Assembly (NCBI RefSeq): GCF_018350175.1
Contig: NC_058368.1
Span: forward strand, 73,410,001-73,474,000
Reading direction: 5' to 3'
DNA: 64,000 nucleotides
From: Felis catus
Lineage: Eukaryota
Part shown: positions 1 through 13,472 of the stretch, one piece after another
Position numbering within the stretch: position 1 is the first letter of the stretch
How the letters are laid out: each line of letters starts with the position of its first letter
The notes under the pieces: generated by a model
What the model saw: only the letters and a program-made list of their open reading frames with translations
What the model was told of the DNA's origin: nothing
The model's database searches: none
Made by a program: the position numbers and the translations under genes

Positions 1-673
1 GCTTGAGTGGACACAATAGCCTATGTTTATTTTTTCACCCAGGCTTGGTACTCTCTTCCCTGCTATCACTTTTTCTTTAACTCAGGTCTTCATCTGGATG
101 TGCTGTGGTCCCATGACCACTAGGTGTGCTTCCCCACTCCCTGAAACGAGGGAGGTGACCTGGAGTCTAGCCCAGATCGGTCATTCCAATGCTTTCGTAT
201 TCCTGGAGTGGTCCAGGTCTCTGTGCCCGGCCCTTCTGTAACTTGTTTCCACCAAGAGTCAGCACCCCTGTGTATGACAAATAGCAAAACGGTGGTCATC
301 TTTACAATTATGTGAGTAACATTTAAAAACTGATTGGAATACATATGAATACATGTACGTGTATGTATATATATGTATGCACACAGATACTCGTTTGATA
401 AGCTTTAACATGACGAAAAGGGCAAAGAAGAAATATTTTAAAATCTCTTTTAATCCCACTATTTGGAGAAGTAAGCCTGATATAACAATTTTTATATCAA
501 CTTCTAGGCTCTTTTTGTATAAACTTTATAAAAGCTGTTTTACTGACAATGAAACTGGACAGAAACAGGTACGTCTTTGACCTTGTATGGAATAACCTAT
601 TGTTTTAAGAGTTTCTTTTCATACTTTTTTCAAAAACCATCGACTGCATCACTGCTTTAAAAAACAAATTGCA

Positions 674-885
674 GGGGCACCTGGGTGGCTCAGTGGGTTG
701 AGCATCTGACTTCAGCTCTGGTCATGATCTCATGGTTTGTGAGTTCGAGGCCCACATCAGGCTCTGTGCTGACAGCTCAGAGCCTGGAGCCTGCTTTGGA
801 TTCTGTGTCTCCCTCTCTCTCTGCCTTTCCCCCACTCATGCTGTCTCTCTCTCTCTCAAAAATAAATAAAAACATTTAAAAAAAA
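674..885 (+). mobile_element. CAN-SINE (SINEC_Fc type)
   Basis: ggggcacctgggtggctcag head, (CT)n tract, A-rich tail. Confidence 0.93.
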
Positions 886-895
886 TCACAGGAGA

Positions 896-1120
896 GGGGA
901 TGCCTGCCTAGCTCAGTCAGTTAAGCATCCAACTTCAGCTCAGGTCATGATCTCACGGTTCATGGATTCAAGCTCCCCATCAGGCTTCGTGCTGACAGCT
1001 CAGAGCCTGAAGTCTGCTTCACATTCTGTCTCTCTCTCTCTCTCTCTCTCTGCCTCTCCCCCACTCACACTCTGTCTCTCTCTCTCAAAAATAAAATAAA
1101 CATTAACAAAAAATTTAAAA
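896..1120 (+). mobile_element. CAN-SINE
   Basis: tRNA-like head, (CT)n, aaaataaa tail. Confidence 0.9.
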
Positions 1121-1132
1121 AGAAACAAATCA

Positions 1133-1396
1133 GGGGGCACCTGAGCGGTTTAGTTCGTTGAGTTTCTGACTCTTGGGTTTCTGACTCTTGATCTAGGCTC
1201 AGGTCATGATCTCACAGTTCATGGGATCGAGCCCTGTGTCAGGCTCCATGCTGACAGTGTGGAGCCTGTTTAGGATTCCTTCTCTCTCTCTCTCTGCTCT
1301 CTCTCTCTCTCTCTCCCTTCCTGTTCATGCTCTCTTTCTCTCTCTCTCTCTCTCTCAAAAAAATAATAATAGGTAAACATGAAAAAAAATTTTTTT
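1133..1396 (+). mobile_element. CAN-SINE
   Basis: TSD aaagaaacaaatcag on both sides; internal gtttctgactcttg duplication. Confidence 0.92.
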
Positions 1397-1976
1397 AAAG
1401 AAACAAATCAGAATTCTATTGCCCAGAGCTGGAATGAGTTAGGTCCAAGGTTTATAAATACTGGACTATCCCTAAATACTGTCTACATCAGAATTACCTG
1501 GAAGCTTTGAAACACAGAGACTCTAGGCCCCTGGAAATTCCTGCTCTAAGGTTGAGAAAGAGCCTAGAGGTTTGAAGCCCGAGTCCACAGCTGTCCCCTG
1601 GCACACGGTCGGTGCCGATCTATAGGGCAGAGGACACATGAGTGATTTTCACAGAGCTGAGATGTCAGCCCGTGACGGGGGATTAGGCTTTGGGCGTGGC
1701 TCTGCAGGACACACAGATGAAGTAAGAGCTGGGCAAACGCATTTGGTCTCAATAGGAAAGAACTTTCTAACAAGCAGAGCAGTGGAACAATTGATCTCAG
1801 GGAGCCAGCATGATGGAAAGTGGGCCAGATCTGGAGTCAGAATGCGTGCGATTGGACCAAAGGTTTACGCAGGGTCAATAAACAGGCCATGAGTGTGCTG
1901 TCACTCGCTTTTCTCCAACGGTGTAGACCCCTGATCTCTCACAGCGTTTCTCCAGCTGAAGCTGACTCTCTCAGCC

Positions 1977-2185
1977 AAGTGGTCCTCACCACGGAGGAAC
2001 CCCCCCTCCCCCAGGGATGTGTGGCAATTTGGAGACTTTTTGCTTGTCACAGCTAGGGCAGGTGCTCCTGGCGTGCGTAGAGGCCATGGGTGGTACCAAA
2101 CATTGTGTGTCACGCGGGACAGCCCTTCACAGCAAGGAGCAATCCTGCCCAAAATGTCACCAAGTGCCAAGGCTGAGAACCCCTT
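1977..2185. mobile_element. MER20-like hAT-Charlie non-autonomous DNA transposon
   Basis: Resembles the recalled MER20 consensus: ccccaggga..tggcaat.tggagac.ttttg.ttgtcaca...gtagaggcca...ggacagccc...gcccaaaatgtca..agtgccaaggctgagaaccc. Confidence 0.8.
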
Positions 2186-2229
2186 GCCTCGGTGGGGGGC
2201 TGGAGTTGCAGGGTAAATTCTCAAGACAT

Positions 2230-2328
2230 GTTTTTTTGTTCTAAGGAAACTCTACCCCCAATGTGGGGCTCGAACTCATGACCCCGAGATCAAGAGTCAC
2301 ACTCTTGACTGAGCCAGCCAGGAGCCAC
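2230..2328 (-). mobile_element. Short tRNA-Lys-like SINE lacking the (CT)n domain
   Basis: Minus strand: ctggctggctcagtc..gactcttgatctcggggtcatgagttcgagccccacattgggggtagag + A tail. Confidence 0.75.
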
Positions 2329-2477
2329 AGGGCAGATTCTAATTTCCATCCTCCACACACCCATCTACCAGGCCAGTGATCCCTGCCTCCTCAGCCCCAG
2401 TGTCCTCGCCTATAAAATGGGGTCGGTTAGCATTTGCAGACTGTCTAATAGATCTAACATCACACCCTCTGGCTTCC

Positions 2478-2800
2478 TCGGGTTTCTCCCAGGAACAGAC
2501 CTAGAGACAAGGATTTGAGAGAAAGGATTTGGGACGGGGGGGGGGGGGGGTGGCAAGGGAGGAAGAATAACTCAGGGAAAGGGTGGCAGCCAGCAAAAGG
2601 TGTTCCATGAAGCCGGCTGCTGCGGTGGGCTATCAAAGCTTTGGCCCGAGGGGAAAGGCTGGGAGATGATGTAGAACACACAGCTCAGAATGATTCCATT
2701 CCAGGTTCAGAGGGCTTCTGGGCTCTTCCCACACCAGCACCTCAGCCCGGATGCAGGAACCAGCAGCTGCAGGTGTGTCTGAGAGAGGCCTCCCACAACT
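2478..2800. mobile_element. Old ERVL-type solo LTR remnant, apparently splitting a MIR (MIR pieces ~2390-2435 and ~2820-2880)
   Basis: gggtttctcccaggaacagacctagagacaaggatttgag is typical of the LTR16/LTR33 group. Flanks carry MIR motifs ctataaaatgggg and gcctggtgcctagaagg..tcaataaat. Confidence 0.5.
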
Positions 2801-4477
2801 GCAGAAGGTGATGGAATTTTCTATGTGAAGAACCTGGCGCAGGGCCTGGTGCCTAGAAGGTCATCAATAAATAAATGTCTTGTGTTAATTACATGCCATT
2901 GCAGCAGAGGGTTGAATGAACAGGGTTCCTTGGAAGGATTCACTCACTGAATCAAATGCAAATACTGAGTTTGGGGCTTGAGAAATAAGGACCCAGGGCT
3001 GCTTTGGCCCCAGAGATTTCAGCAGCAGGGATTCGGGGGCCTTCTCCACAAATAGTGCTGTTGGGGGCTTCCAACGGCAGTCACATCCCAGCCTTTGCTG
3101 TGGCTGAGCTTCGGGATCTGGGGGAAAGTTCTGATTGATCTAACCTGCTCATAAGCTCTCCCTATAGTTAGGGATGGATGATGTGAGAAGCGTCTCACAA
3201 AATCATGGATGCTGGCCCTGTAACAAACAAGAGTTATGGATGGCCCTCTTCCCCTTCCTGGCCACCCTGCATGTACATACTTTCTTATTTCCAGAAATAC
3301 AGTTTCAAATTGGACACCTTTTCTCTACAACAGAGGACGGCCTAAGTCTCACTGGCTATTGCGTCCAGAGGGAACAGAGTCATTCCCCTCCAACTGGAAA
3401 CCTCCAGATGACATGCATTTCTTCACTAGTCCCATGCCTCTCCTTCAGTGGGCATGCGCTCCCAGAAAATACCCTGATCGGCGATTTCATCACTGCCTGC
3501 CGTGGGCTGCTGCAATGGCATACAATTTAATACAAGACATTTATTTATTGATGACCTTCTAGGCACCAGGCACAGCTGCTTTGCACATGCCCTTCGCCAA
3601 CATTCTGCAGAGGAAGGGCTGCTGACCAGACAAATATAAGATATGCCCACCATACTCACTTACAGGGGAGACGGCGGCGAGACTCCCTTCCAGAGAGATG
3701 GGATTTCATTGCAGAACTAGATGTTCCCTGAACACACTGCTAACCAACACCCAAGAATGTGTGGGATTTTCAGTGTGCAACGCAGAAAATGTCTGGTCAA
3801 AGGGAAATGTAATTCTATAATTTCTGCCCCCTCGTTTTGTCTGGTAGCACAGTGGCTCTGAGTCCATAACCCTCTCTGTGGAGTGATTCAGAGCTGCCCT
3901 GAGAGGCCAGGGGAAAAGGTCCACCGAGGCTGCCGGGGGATGGAAGGATTTAGACCACGCAGCAGTGCGGAAGCATCAGACGCAGAAAGACTGTGTGGCA
4001 GAACATTAACGGGACTCTTCTTGTGGTTTGGCTGGGACACGAAGACAGTGGCTTCCTTGTGCCAAAGCGAGACCACCGTCAGAAATTTTGAAGCAGGTGT
4101 TCAAAATCCATTCCAGCAACACTTGTTTCGCCGGGCTTGTGGACGTAGAAGAATTTACTTCTGTTTCATTTTAAATGCCTTTTAAGTAATGACAAACATT
4201 ACCAGTGAAGGGGAAAGAGGATGAGTGAAAGAATCCAATACATTTGGAAACGGCAAGTGATGCGATAGTCATTTCATCTTAAAAAAGTGCATACCTGCTC
4301 CCCAGCACCTGAGGCTGTTCTCAACCACATTTGAAGGCACAGCTCTGCTAAAGTATCTGCCTTGTGGAGTCGCTCTGACTGCAAACCCATGAGTGGCCTC
4401 GATGGCCTTACGTGCATTTCGGAGAAGAGAGGTACATAGTTGTTTGTTTCTATTTTTTATTTCTTTGTATTTTCTTT

Positions 4478-4712
4478 TAATTTTTTAAATGTTTAATTAT
4501 TTTTAATATACTTTTTAATGTTTATTTTTGAGCGAGAAAGAGAGAGCTTGAGTGGGGGGAGGGGCAGAGAGGGAGACACAGAATCTGAAGCAGGTTCCAG
4601 GCTCTGAGCTGTCAGCCCAGAGCCGGATGCGGGGCTTGAACCCACAAGCCATGAGATCATGACCTGAGTGGAAGTCGAATACTTAACCAACTGAACCTCT
4701 CCCAGGCACCCC
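4478..4712 (-). mobile_element. CAN-SINE
   Basis: Reverse-complement head cccaggcacccc, (GA)n, T-rich tail. Confidence 0.9.
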
Positions 4713-4735
4713 TCTGTTTTCCCCAAGCCAGTTCC

Positions 4736-4926
4736 TTTTTTTTTTTTTTTTGAGAGAGAGAGAGACAGTGTGAGGGAGGGGCAGAGAGAGAGAATTCCAA
4801 GCAGGCTCCTCGAGGTCAGCGCACAGAGCCCAGCACCAAGCTTGAACCCACAAAACTGTGAGATCATGACCTGAGCCGAAATCAGGGGTCAAATGCTTAA
4901 TCGACTGAGCCACCCAGGCGCCCCCC
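4736..4926 (-). mobile_element. CAN-SINE
   Basis: TSD aagccagttcct on both sides. Confidence 0.92.
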
Positions 4927-6043
4927 AAAGCCAGTTCCTAAAACAGATTTCCCCTCAAAGAAATTGTATTTATTTTAGAAGCCTCTTCAACTGCAGCCGC
5001 GTATAAATCACAACTGTAATTGCCAGGCTTCATGTCAGCAACACAGCCGAGAAGGCCGCGGAGCCGAGCAAGAAGCCTGTGATATTAATTACAGGGAGAC
5101 ACGTTGTGCTTGGGAAACAGGTTTGATAAGAGATTCTGACATTCCTCCTAATCCAAAATTTAATAAATGATGGCTTATGGAACCAAGCGAAACTGTCAGT
5201 ATGGAAAAACCTCCCTTCAGTTACTCAGCTTCCAGACTCATGGTGAGAGATGATCCCTGGGTTCCAGGGCTCCGGCCAGACCCATGAAGCAGCCGTGACC
5301 GCGACCAGCCCTCGAGCCCTCCCCCAGAGGCGGATGCCTCCGGTGCCATCTGTCCTTTCCACAAGCCATCAGCTGCTTGGAAACGGCACTTTTTAGAGGG
5401 GCTTAGTGGTAACGCATCATGCTCTGATTTTAGCAACAGCAGTTGACTCGCGTTGGGGAAGGTACTAATTTTTCACCCCAGCGGATTTCTATTAGGAAAG
5501 AATGTTTACCTGGTGGGACTATTCTGGGATGTGCCATACTGGGGGAATTCCTTTCATTCCTTCCCCCCATTCCAGGGCAGACTCAGCTTGAGAAACACGT
5601 GTTTTGGTCTGCGGCTGCGCGGTCATGGATTGGGGGAATTAGACCGAGTTATTTCAGTAGCGATCCAGGTGGAAAGCAGCGAGAGAGGAATGGGCAGCTG
5701 CCTGGGAACCTCGCCCTCCCAGGCTCCAGCTGCGTCATCTCAGAGAAGCCACATCTCCAGGCTCTCTGCTTCCTTCGTCTGTTTGGGACGATGGCACCTC
5801 TAACATGCCCCAGGTTCTTGTACAGGTCAAGTGAGACAAAGCATACTGGAAATTACAGGACCTGTGTAGGCGTTGTCATTAGTTTATTCAAGAGGAATTT
5901 GGACCCTATGATATGTGAGCATCAATTAAGTTACAGAAGAAAATAAGTGTTCACTTCCAGCCACGCAGCTGACAAAGCTGATACACGACATTCCTTCCTG
6001 TTCTGAACACATAAGACACTGGATCAAGTGTTTTCAAATATGC

Positions 6044-6260
6044 TTTATTTTTTAAAAATATTTTTTATGTTTATTTTTGTTTTTGAGAGAGACAGAGCAC
6101 AAGTGAGGGAGGAGCAGAGAGGGAGACACAGAATTCGAAGCAGGTTCCAGGCTCTAAGCTGTCGGCACAGAGCCCGACGCGGGGCTCGAACTCACGGACC
6201 ACGAGATCATGACCTGAGCGGAAGTCGGACACTCAACCGACCAAGCCACCCAGGTGCCCC
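6044..6260 (-). mobile_element. CAN-SINE
   Basis: Reverse-complement consensus; tgttttcaaatatgc repeated in both flanks. Confidence 0.92.
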
Positions 6261-6499
6261 AAGAAGAAAGGCTGTTTTCAAATATGCGTTAAAAATGCAT
6301 GCCCAACCTTGATGGGAAGGAAGGCCCTAGATGCCATCACAGAGGGAATTAAAGCCACATTAGTAAGTGAATGAATTCATGCCACCACAAGCCTGGGGTA
6401 TATCAGATTTGGGTGTAGGCCCCGGAATCCAAAGGCTTTGGGGTTTTGATGCATACGACGGACAAAAGATATGTCCTTGGGCTGACGGGACATGAGATC

Positions 6500-7350
6500 T
6501 GGGTGCGGAGTAAATCCTGGTTTTGGGAACCTGAAGTTTATACAAACCTATAGGGAGTGTCCTCTTTAAGAAAAAAAATTAAAATTACAAACACAGAATT
6601 TCATACAAAAGTTAATATTTATTTAAAATGAGAAGCCATCAAAAATAAAATTTTAAAAGCTGAAAAATAACAAAGTCGTTTTAAAATAATATATTAACAA
6701 TATATTACCAAATAAACAGTATAACTATATAACATAATTATTATGACAATATAATTATTACTTAACAGTATTTTAAACATTATATCAATTAACTTTCTGC
6801 AATACTTTAAAAATATTATTTCCTAAAATTCTGACTCCCTACTTTTGATTACTTTATTTGATAATAATTTATAATCCTTTTTTTTTTTTTTTTTGAGAAG
6901 ACAGAGAGAGAGTGCACACGTGCTTGTGGGGAAAGGGCAGAGACAGAGACAGAATCTTAAGCAGGAGCCATGCTCAGTGTGGAGCCCTATGCAGGGCTCG
7001 ACCTCACCACTGTGGGATCATGACCTGAGCCAAAGTCAAGAGCCGAATGCTTGACCGACTGAGCCACCCAGGCGACCCTATATCATCCTATTTCTATGGG
7101 AAAGATAAGCCATTAAAGAAGTTTTTTTTCTCCTGTCATGGTTTATTTAAGTGTACTGTAATTAGTGATACTTCGATAAAGTTTCTTTTATCTTTACAAC
7201 CCATATCTGCCAATGCCATGTGAGTTTTCAGCACTGTTGTAAAAGTTGCTTTTTTCACTTATGAGTTGTAAGGTCACAGGGCATTAAATTTTTCTTATTG
7301 AGACGAGCCATAAATATTGTTCGAATGGATGACCATCACCTGCTGGATGT
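6500..7350. mobile_element. Old hAT-type DNA transposon remnant (MER53-like end), interrupted by a SINE
   Basis: aaatcctggttttgggaacctgaagtttatacaa...cctctttaagaaaaa...aaaattac resembles a MER53-type terminus. Confidence 0.45.
6878..7078 (-). mobile_element. CAN-SINE
   Basis: PolyT, (GA)n, ctgagccacccaggcg. Confidence 0.9.
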
Positions 7351-7887
7351 CATCAATGCCCTTGTCTCTGTAGTGTGCTGTAAGTTTTACTTTTGTCCTT
7401 CTTCAGCGTCAGTATTTCGTATGAAACAGAAAGAAGTTTAATCTTTTCCCCCAATGTGTTCACTTTGCCTATTCCTTTTTGTTGACTGGTAGGAGCATTA
7501 TGTCTAAGGACTTGAACCCCAGGTACTTGTGGATTTGGACTCTGGAAAGCAGAGAAAGCATTAATGCACTTAAGGGGACATGTGTGACGAAGGGAGAATG
7601 GACACAGGGAACACGCACACATACTCGTGTGTATGAGGAGTATAAATATTGGAAATAGAGATGTTGTTAAAGGAAAAACACACAGGGGGGCACAGTTCCC
7701 AAACACTCATAGTCACTTAAACAAGATTCAAACTGTCCCAACTTCCCCGAAATACTGGCTCTGACCTTCAACAAAACTCCCATGATGACGGGATAGAGGT
7801 GACATATCACAAACCACCTAGTTATGACAGTTGCCAATAATGATACCTTCCTTTCTATAGTTGTTGACTACATCTGCAGCAAGAAAA

Positions 7888-8020
7888 CTCCCTCCTCCTC
7901 TCTCCCTCTCCTCCCCTCCCTCCCTCTTCCCCTCTTCTTCCCCTTTCCCTCTCTCCCCCTCCTTCTTCTCTCCCCTTTCCCCCTCTTCCTCTCCCCCCTC
8001 CCACTCCATTTCTCTCTGTT
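7888..8020. repeat. Polypyrimidine/polypurine low-complexity tract
   Basis: About 115 nt of almost only C/T on the plus strand. Confidence 0.9.
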
Positions 8021-8624
8021 TTCTTTTGTTGCTTTCAATTATTCCAAGTACACTGCAGTGTTATTTAGTTATGTCAAAGTAAATGGAGAGAAAAACCTAG
8101 AGCACGAGATCAACATAAATTGGGGAAATCGTGCAAAATCACAAAATAATTCTTGGTGCTTGCAGAGATAAAGGCACTGAAATAGACCCACACTCTCCCT
8201 AAGATAGTGAAGGTTGCCAACCTCTGGAATTAAAAATGATGTTTGCTACTTCTTATCTCTTAGATTCCAAAGAATACTGTCCATTGTAATGAGAAATTTG
8301 TCTCTTTTTAACTAGTATCCTGAAATTAACTAGCATCAACTGTAATGAGAAATTAGTCTCTTTTTAACATGCAAGTGTTTGCATGTGCAAGAGACTGTGC
8401 GTGTGCTATCAAGAGACTGGTAATGCCACCTGACATGTACAGCTGCTTTCAGTTTCCAAAATCTGTTCAAAAACATTACCTTGTTTAATGCTAATAGCAA
8501 TTCGGTGGGATCTATAGAAAAGGCATTGGCATCGATGCCAGGGGAAAGAACAGGAGAGAAGTTCCAATTAATCGCCTCTTCCAGGCAGCAGGATGCTTAG
8601 GGGACAGCAATCTTTAGCAGAGTG

Positions 8625-9862
8625 AAATGGAAAACAATGAGTCAAAAAAACAAATTTCAAACATGAAGGAAATAATTGGGAAGCTGGACTTCCCTAAAAT
8701 TAAACACATCTGCTCTGCAAAAGACAAATATAGGTCAAAAAATAAAACAGGCCATAGATTAGAAGTAAATATTTGCAAAAGACATATCGATAAAGGACTG
8801 GTATTCAAAATGTTTTTAAAAAAAACTCTTAACAACCAAAATACAACCTGATTAAGAATGAGCCACAGACCTTAAACAGCCACCTCACCAAAGAAGATCT
8901 ATAGATAGCAAGCGAGCATATGAAAAGATGCTCCACACCATCTGTCATCAGGGAAATGATGAGTAGAACAACGATGGGTATCACTACACACGAGACATTA
9001 CTACACGTCTATGAGAATGGCCCAGATCTAGGACGGTGGTAACACCACACACTGGGGAGACCGTAGAGCAGCAGGAACTCGGGACACAAGATGGTCCAGC
9101 CACTTTGAAAGACAGTTTGGCGTCTCTTACAAAACATCTTCTTACCATGGGATCCATCAGATGTACCCCCTGGTATTTACCCAAAGGAGCTGAAAACATG
9201 TCACACAAAACCTGCACATGCATAGCACGGCTTTACACATAAACTCATAATTGCTGAAACTTGGAAGCAACCAAAATGCCCCTAAGTAAGTGAACGGACA
9301 AATAAACTGTGGCACATCCAGGCAATGAAATATTGTTCAGCAACAAAAAGAAATGAACTATATACTCAAGCCATGAAAAAGCACGGAGGAAGCTTGAATG
9401 TATATTACTAAGTAAAAGAAGCCCATCGGAAAAGACTATCTACTGTATGATTCCAACTATATGACATTATCGAAAAGGCAAAACTATGGAGACAGTAAAA
9501 ATAAAAATCAATGGTTTTGAGGGTTTGCAGGAGAGGTAGAGATGAAAAGGCTGAGTACAGAGGATTTTTAGGACAGTGAGACTATTCTGTACGATACTAT
9601 AATGATGGCTACATTGGTCGAGACCCATAGGATGTACAACACCAAGAGTGAACCCTAACGTAAACTATGGACTTTGGGTGACACTGATGTGTTGATGTGG
9701 GTTCATTAGTTGTAACAAATGTACCACTCCATGGGGATGTTGATGTAGGGGAGTCAGCGCATGTATGGAGACAGGGGGTATGTGAGAATCCATGTCCTTG
9801 CCCCTCAATTCTGCTATGAACCTAAAACTACCCTAAAAAATTCAATTACTAATTTAAAAAAG
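8625..9862 (+). mobile_element. Old eutherian L1 3' end (L1MC1-like)
   Basis: ORF2 C-terminal remnant followed by a characteristic 3'UTR (gtacaacaccaagagtgaaccctaa...aactatggactttgggtg...gaacctaaaact). Confidence 0.8.
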
Positions 9863-12236
9863 TAAATGGCAACAAAAGTCCTCAAGATTTAACATTAGTT
9901 AGGGGACTGTAACTGCCACAACTAGGGTGGGGTCCATCTCTGTTTTGTGGAAAGCATGTCACAAGTCAATCTTTTCCAATCCCGTCTCACAATGTTAATA
10001 GAAAACCCTGAGTGGAAATCAGAATTCAATCGTCAAGTCAGTGCAAGCTGAAACCCTGAATTGCACGGTAGCTTAAGTGCTTTACACATGTGTCAAAGAT
10101 CAGCTGATTTAGTTACAGGCTTGGTTCTCTGCCCAGCACAGCAATAACGGTGGCATTATCAGTGGCACCAGTATGGGATCATCTTTTCGTTCCAGACATA
10201 TGAATCACTTCAGGTATTGGAACAACAACACAATGCCTTCTCCCAAGGGAAAGGTTTGCAGCATGACTTAACAAATAGACAATAAGATCAGAAATATTCA
10301 ATTACACATCCATGGAAAACAGCAATCTTCCCTTGCAGTATCTCTTGGAAAAACCCAGGATAAACAGGGGAGAACAGCCAAATGCCATATTACTTTCACT
10401 GAGGAGATGAATGTGATAAAGTGCATATTTCATGAAAGAGATCCGTGTCCCCTGTCCCAGAATACTTTGCTTCTAGTCTGAAATGCATGCTGAGTTACCT
10501 GAACCACTTCAAACTGTTAGCATCGCAGATAGCCAGAAATGGACTGTGCCCCAAATACAACCTTTTGTAAAGTTCTGTTGGCATTATGAGAGCTGTAGGA
10601 CCAGAGATCGTTAATAAATGCCTTAACTCCATCAAAATTATTATTTTATTTAACTCTTTCTTCCAGACATTTCTTATGTAGGATCAATTTTTTTCCACTC
10701 TCTTGGTTTAATTATTTTATAGGTGAAAATTGAGCTAGGCTTTCTATTTTTTTCAAACAACTGCTGCCTCTGAAAAATCATTCCAGCCTCTCTTTACCTG
10801 GATAATTCATATTATCTCTTTCAGCACAGTTCAGACGTCCCTGTGCCGGGAAGACTTCCAGAACGCCTTCCCAGCAAATACCGCACTTACATTCTCTTCC
10901 CTTATGGTCCAGTTTAACTGTCTGAGGTTTGCATCTTGCACAAAGACTGGGCTGTGAGGAACTTGAGGGTAGAGAGCCTGTACCTGGTACGGTTACAGGA
11001 ATGGAGATGTTCATTAAATGTTTAATGAATAAATGATCGGTGAGCGAACCATGGGAACAACATCTTACTTCTCCAAAAGATATCAGGTCATACAAATGTA
11101 AAAAGTTGATGGAGATCAGTTTCTTTAGATGTAGGGGGATTGAACTACCAGCTCAGCTTTTCTCAAGCTTAATAGATCAATCCCTTTTTCAAAGACTTCT
11201 TTGCTTCACTTGAAATATACAGAAAGTTACAAACCTAAAATAACACACACCCAAAGTTACACCACTTAGAGTTTTAACTTTACCTTTTATCCTATTTGTT
11301 TCTAGTCACTGTTCAAGAGAGAGATGCAAATAAAGGTCCCATTCAACAGATACCTTGTGCAGATCATGGACTTTCTGCCCCTCGGCTCCAAATTCACCCC
11401 TCTTTACTTGCTCTGTGAGGATGGATGTGGGCCCTTTGTCTATTTGTCCCCTGCCAGCTCCATGCAGCTCTCTCTTCTCTCTGTGACTCTGTTCTTTGAG
11501 CTTTAGCTGCCTTGTCTCCTCTGGTGACTCCCATCTCTTCACCTCATGGAGACCGGTGAGGGGCGCAAGTAGTGTTCCACCTGGTTTCCCCTCTCTTCCC
11601 TACGGCCTGGCAGTTTGATGCGGGAAGTGAGCTGGGCTAAGCATACTGAGCACCTCTTTGTTTGCTGTCTATCCGGGATTACTTCTCTTGTGGCCTGATG
11701 CTCAGTATTTGGGGAGTCGCTCTGTCCTGTATGCTGTCCAGTGTCTGTTGTTTCAGGCAGAAGGGTAAGTCCAGCTCCCATTACTCCATCTGGGCGAGAT
11801 GCAGAAGAATGCCTTTTCCTAAGTTTTTAATTGAAATGCTTATTTATTTTTCTCACTCTTTATTTTTTTCCTGATATAAACATTTAAGGCTACAAGTTTT
11901 CCTGTGAAGATTTTTTCCACACCTCCCCCCCAATTTTGATATCTGGTTCCCTTGTTATTCATTTTCAAAGTTTCTAATTTCTATTCTGTTATATTGCTTA
12001 ATCGATTGCCTAAAAGGCTTTGAATCATTGTATTATAAAATATGCACAAAATTGCAGAGACTAGTGCAATGAATCCCTATATACTGTTCCTCCAGATTCA
12101 AGTTATCAAGATTTTCCCACATTTGTTTCACCGTTTCATTTCTATTTTCTTTTTCTTTGTTATTTTCAAGAAAATCCTAGACATTGTGTCATTTCCCTCC
12201 CAGATATATCAGAACATATATGAACCTTACCTTCCT

Positions 12237-13423
12237 TGCAATCCCTATCAAAATAACACCAGCATTCTTCACAGAGCTGGAACAAACAATCCTAAAATTT
12301 GTATGGAGCCAGAAAAGACCCCGAATAGCCAAAGTAATCCTGAAAAAGAAAACCAAAGGTGGAGGCAACAGAATCCCAGACCTCCAGATGTATTACAAAG
12401 CTATAATCATCAAGACAGTATGGTACTGGTACAAAAACAGACACTCAGATCAATGGGACAGAATGGAGAACCCAGAAATGGACCCACAAACGTATGGCCA
12501 AATAATCTTTGACAAAGCAGGAAAGGATATCCAATGGAATAGAGACAGTCTCTTCAACAAATGGTGCTGGGAAAACAGACAGCAACATGAAGAATGAACC
12601 TGGACCACTTTCTTATATCATACACAAAAATAAACTCAAAGTGGATGAAAGACCTAAGCATAAGACAGGAAGCCATCAAAATCCTCCAGGAGAAAGCAGG
12701 CAAAAACCTCTTTGACCTCAACTGCAGCAACTTCATACTCAACACGGCTCTGGAAGCAAGGGAAACAAAAGCAAAAATGAACTAATGGGACCTCATCAAG
12801 ATAAAATCTTCTGCACAGCGAAGGAAACAATCAGCAAAACTAAAAGGCAACCAATGGAATGGGAGAAGATACTTGCAAATGACATATCAGACAAAGGGTT
12901 AGGATCCAAAATCTATAGAGAACTTATCAAACTCAACACCCGAAAAACAAATAATCCAGTGAAGAAATGGGCAAAAGACATGAATAGACACTTCTCCAAA
13001 GAAGACATCCAGATGGCCAATGGACACATGAAAAAATGCTCCACATCACTCATCATCAGGGAAATACAAATTAAAACTACAATGAGATACCACCTCACAC
13101 CTGTCAGAATGGCTAACATTAACAACTCAGGCAACAACAGATGTTGGCAAGGATGCGGAGAAAGAGGATCTCTTTTGCATTGCTGACGGGAATGCAAACT
13201 GGTGCAGCCACTCTGGAAAACAGTATGAAGGTTCCTCAAAAAATTAAAAAGAGAACTACCCTACGACCCAGCAATTGCACTATTAGGCATTTATCCACAG
13301 GATACAGGTGTGCTGTTTTGAAGGGACACATGCACCCCATGTTTATAGCAGCACTATCAACAATAGCCAAAGTATGGAAAGAGCCCAAATGTCCATTAAT
13401 GGATGAATGGATAAAGAAGATGT

Positions 13424-13472
<49 letters not shown>

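Noticed and set aside
674..760. SINE heads as tRNA genes
   Set aside because: tRNA-Lys-derived SINE sequence with tails and TSDs; no intact cloverleaf evident.
5443..5946. 167-aa plus-strand ORF in unique sequence
   Set aside because: Non-ATG start, no recognisable homology or exon structure.
8285..8368. CRISPR-like repeat-spacer-repeat (28-bp repeats, 28-bp spacer)
   Set aside because: Only two repeats, mammalian context and no cas genes; a local duplication.
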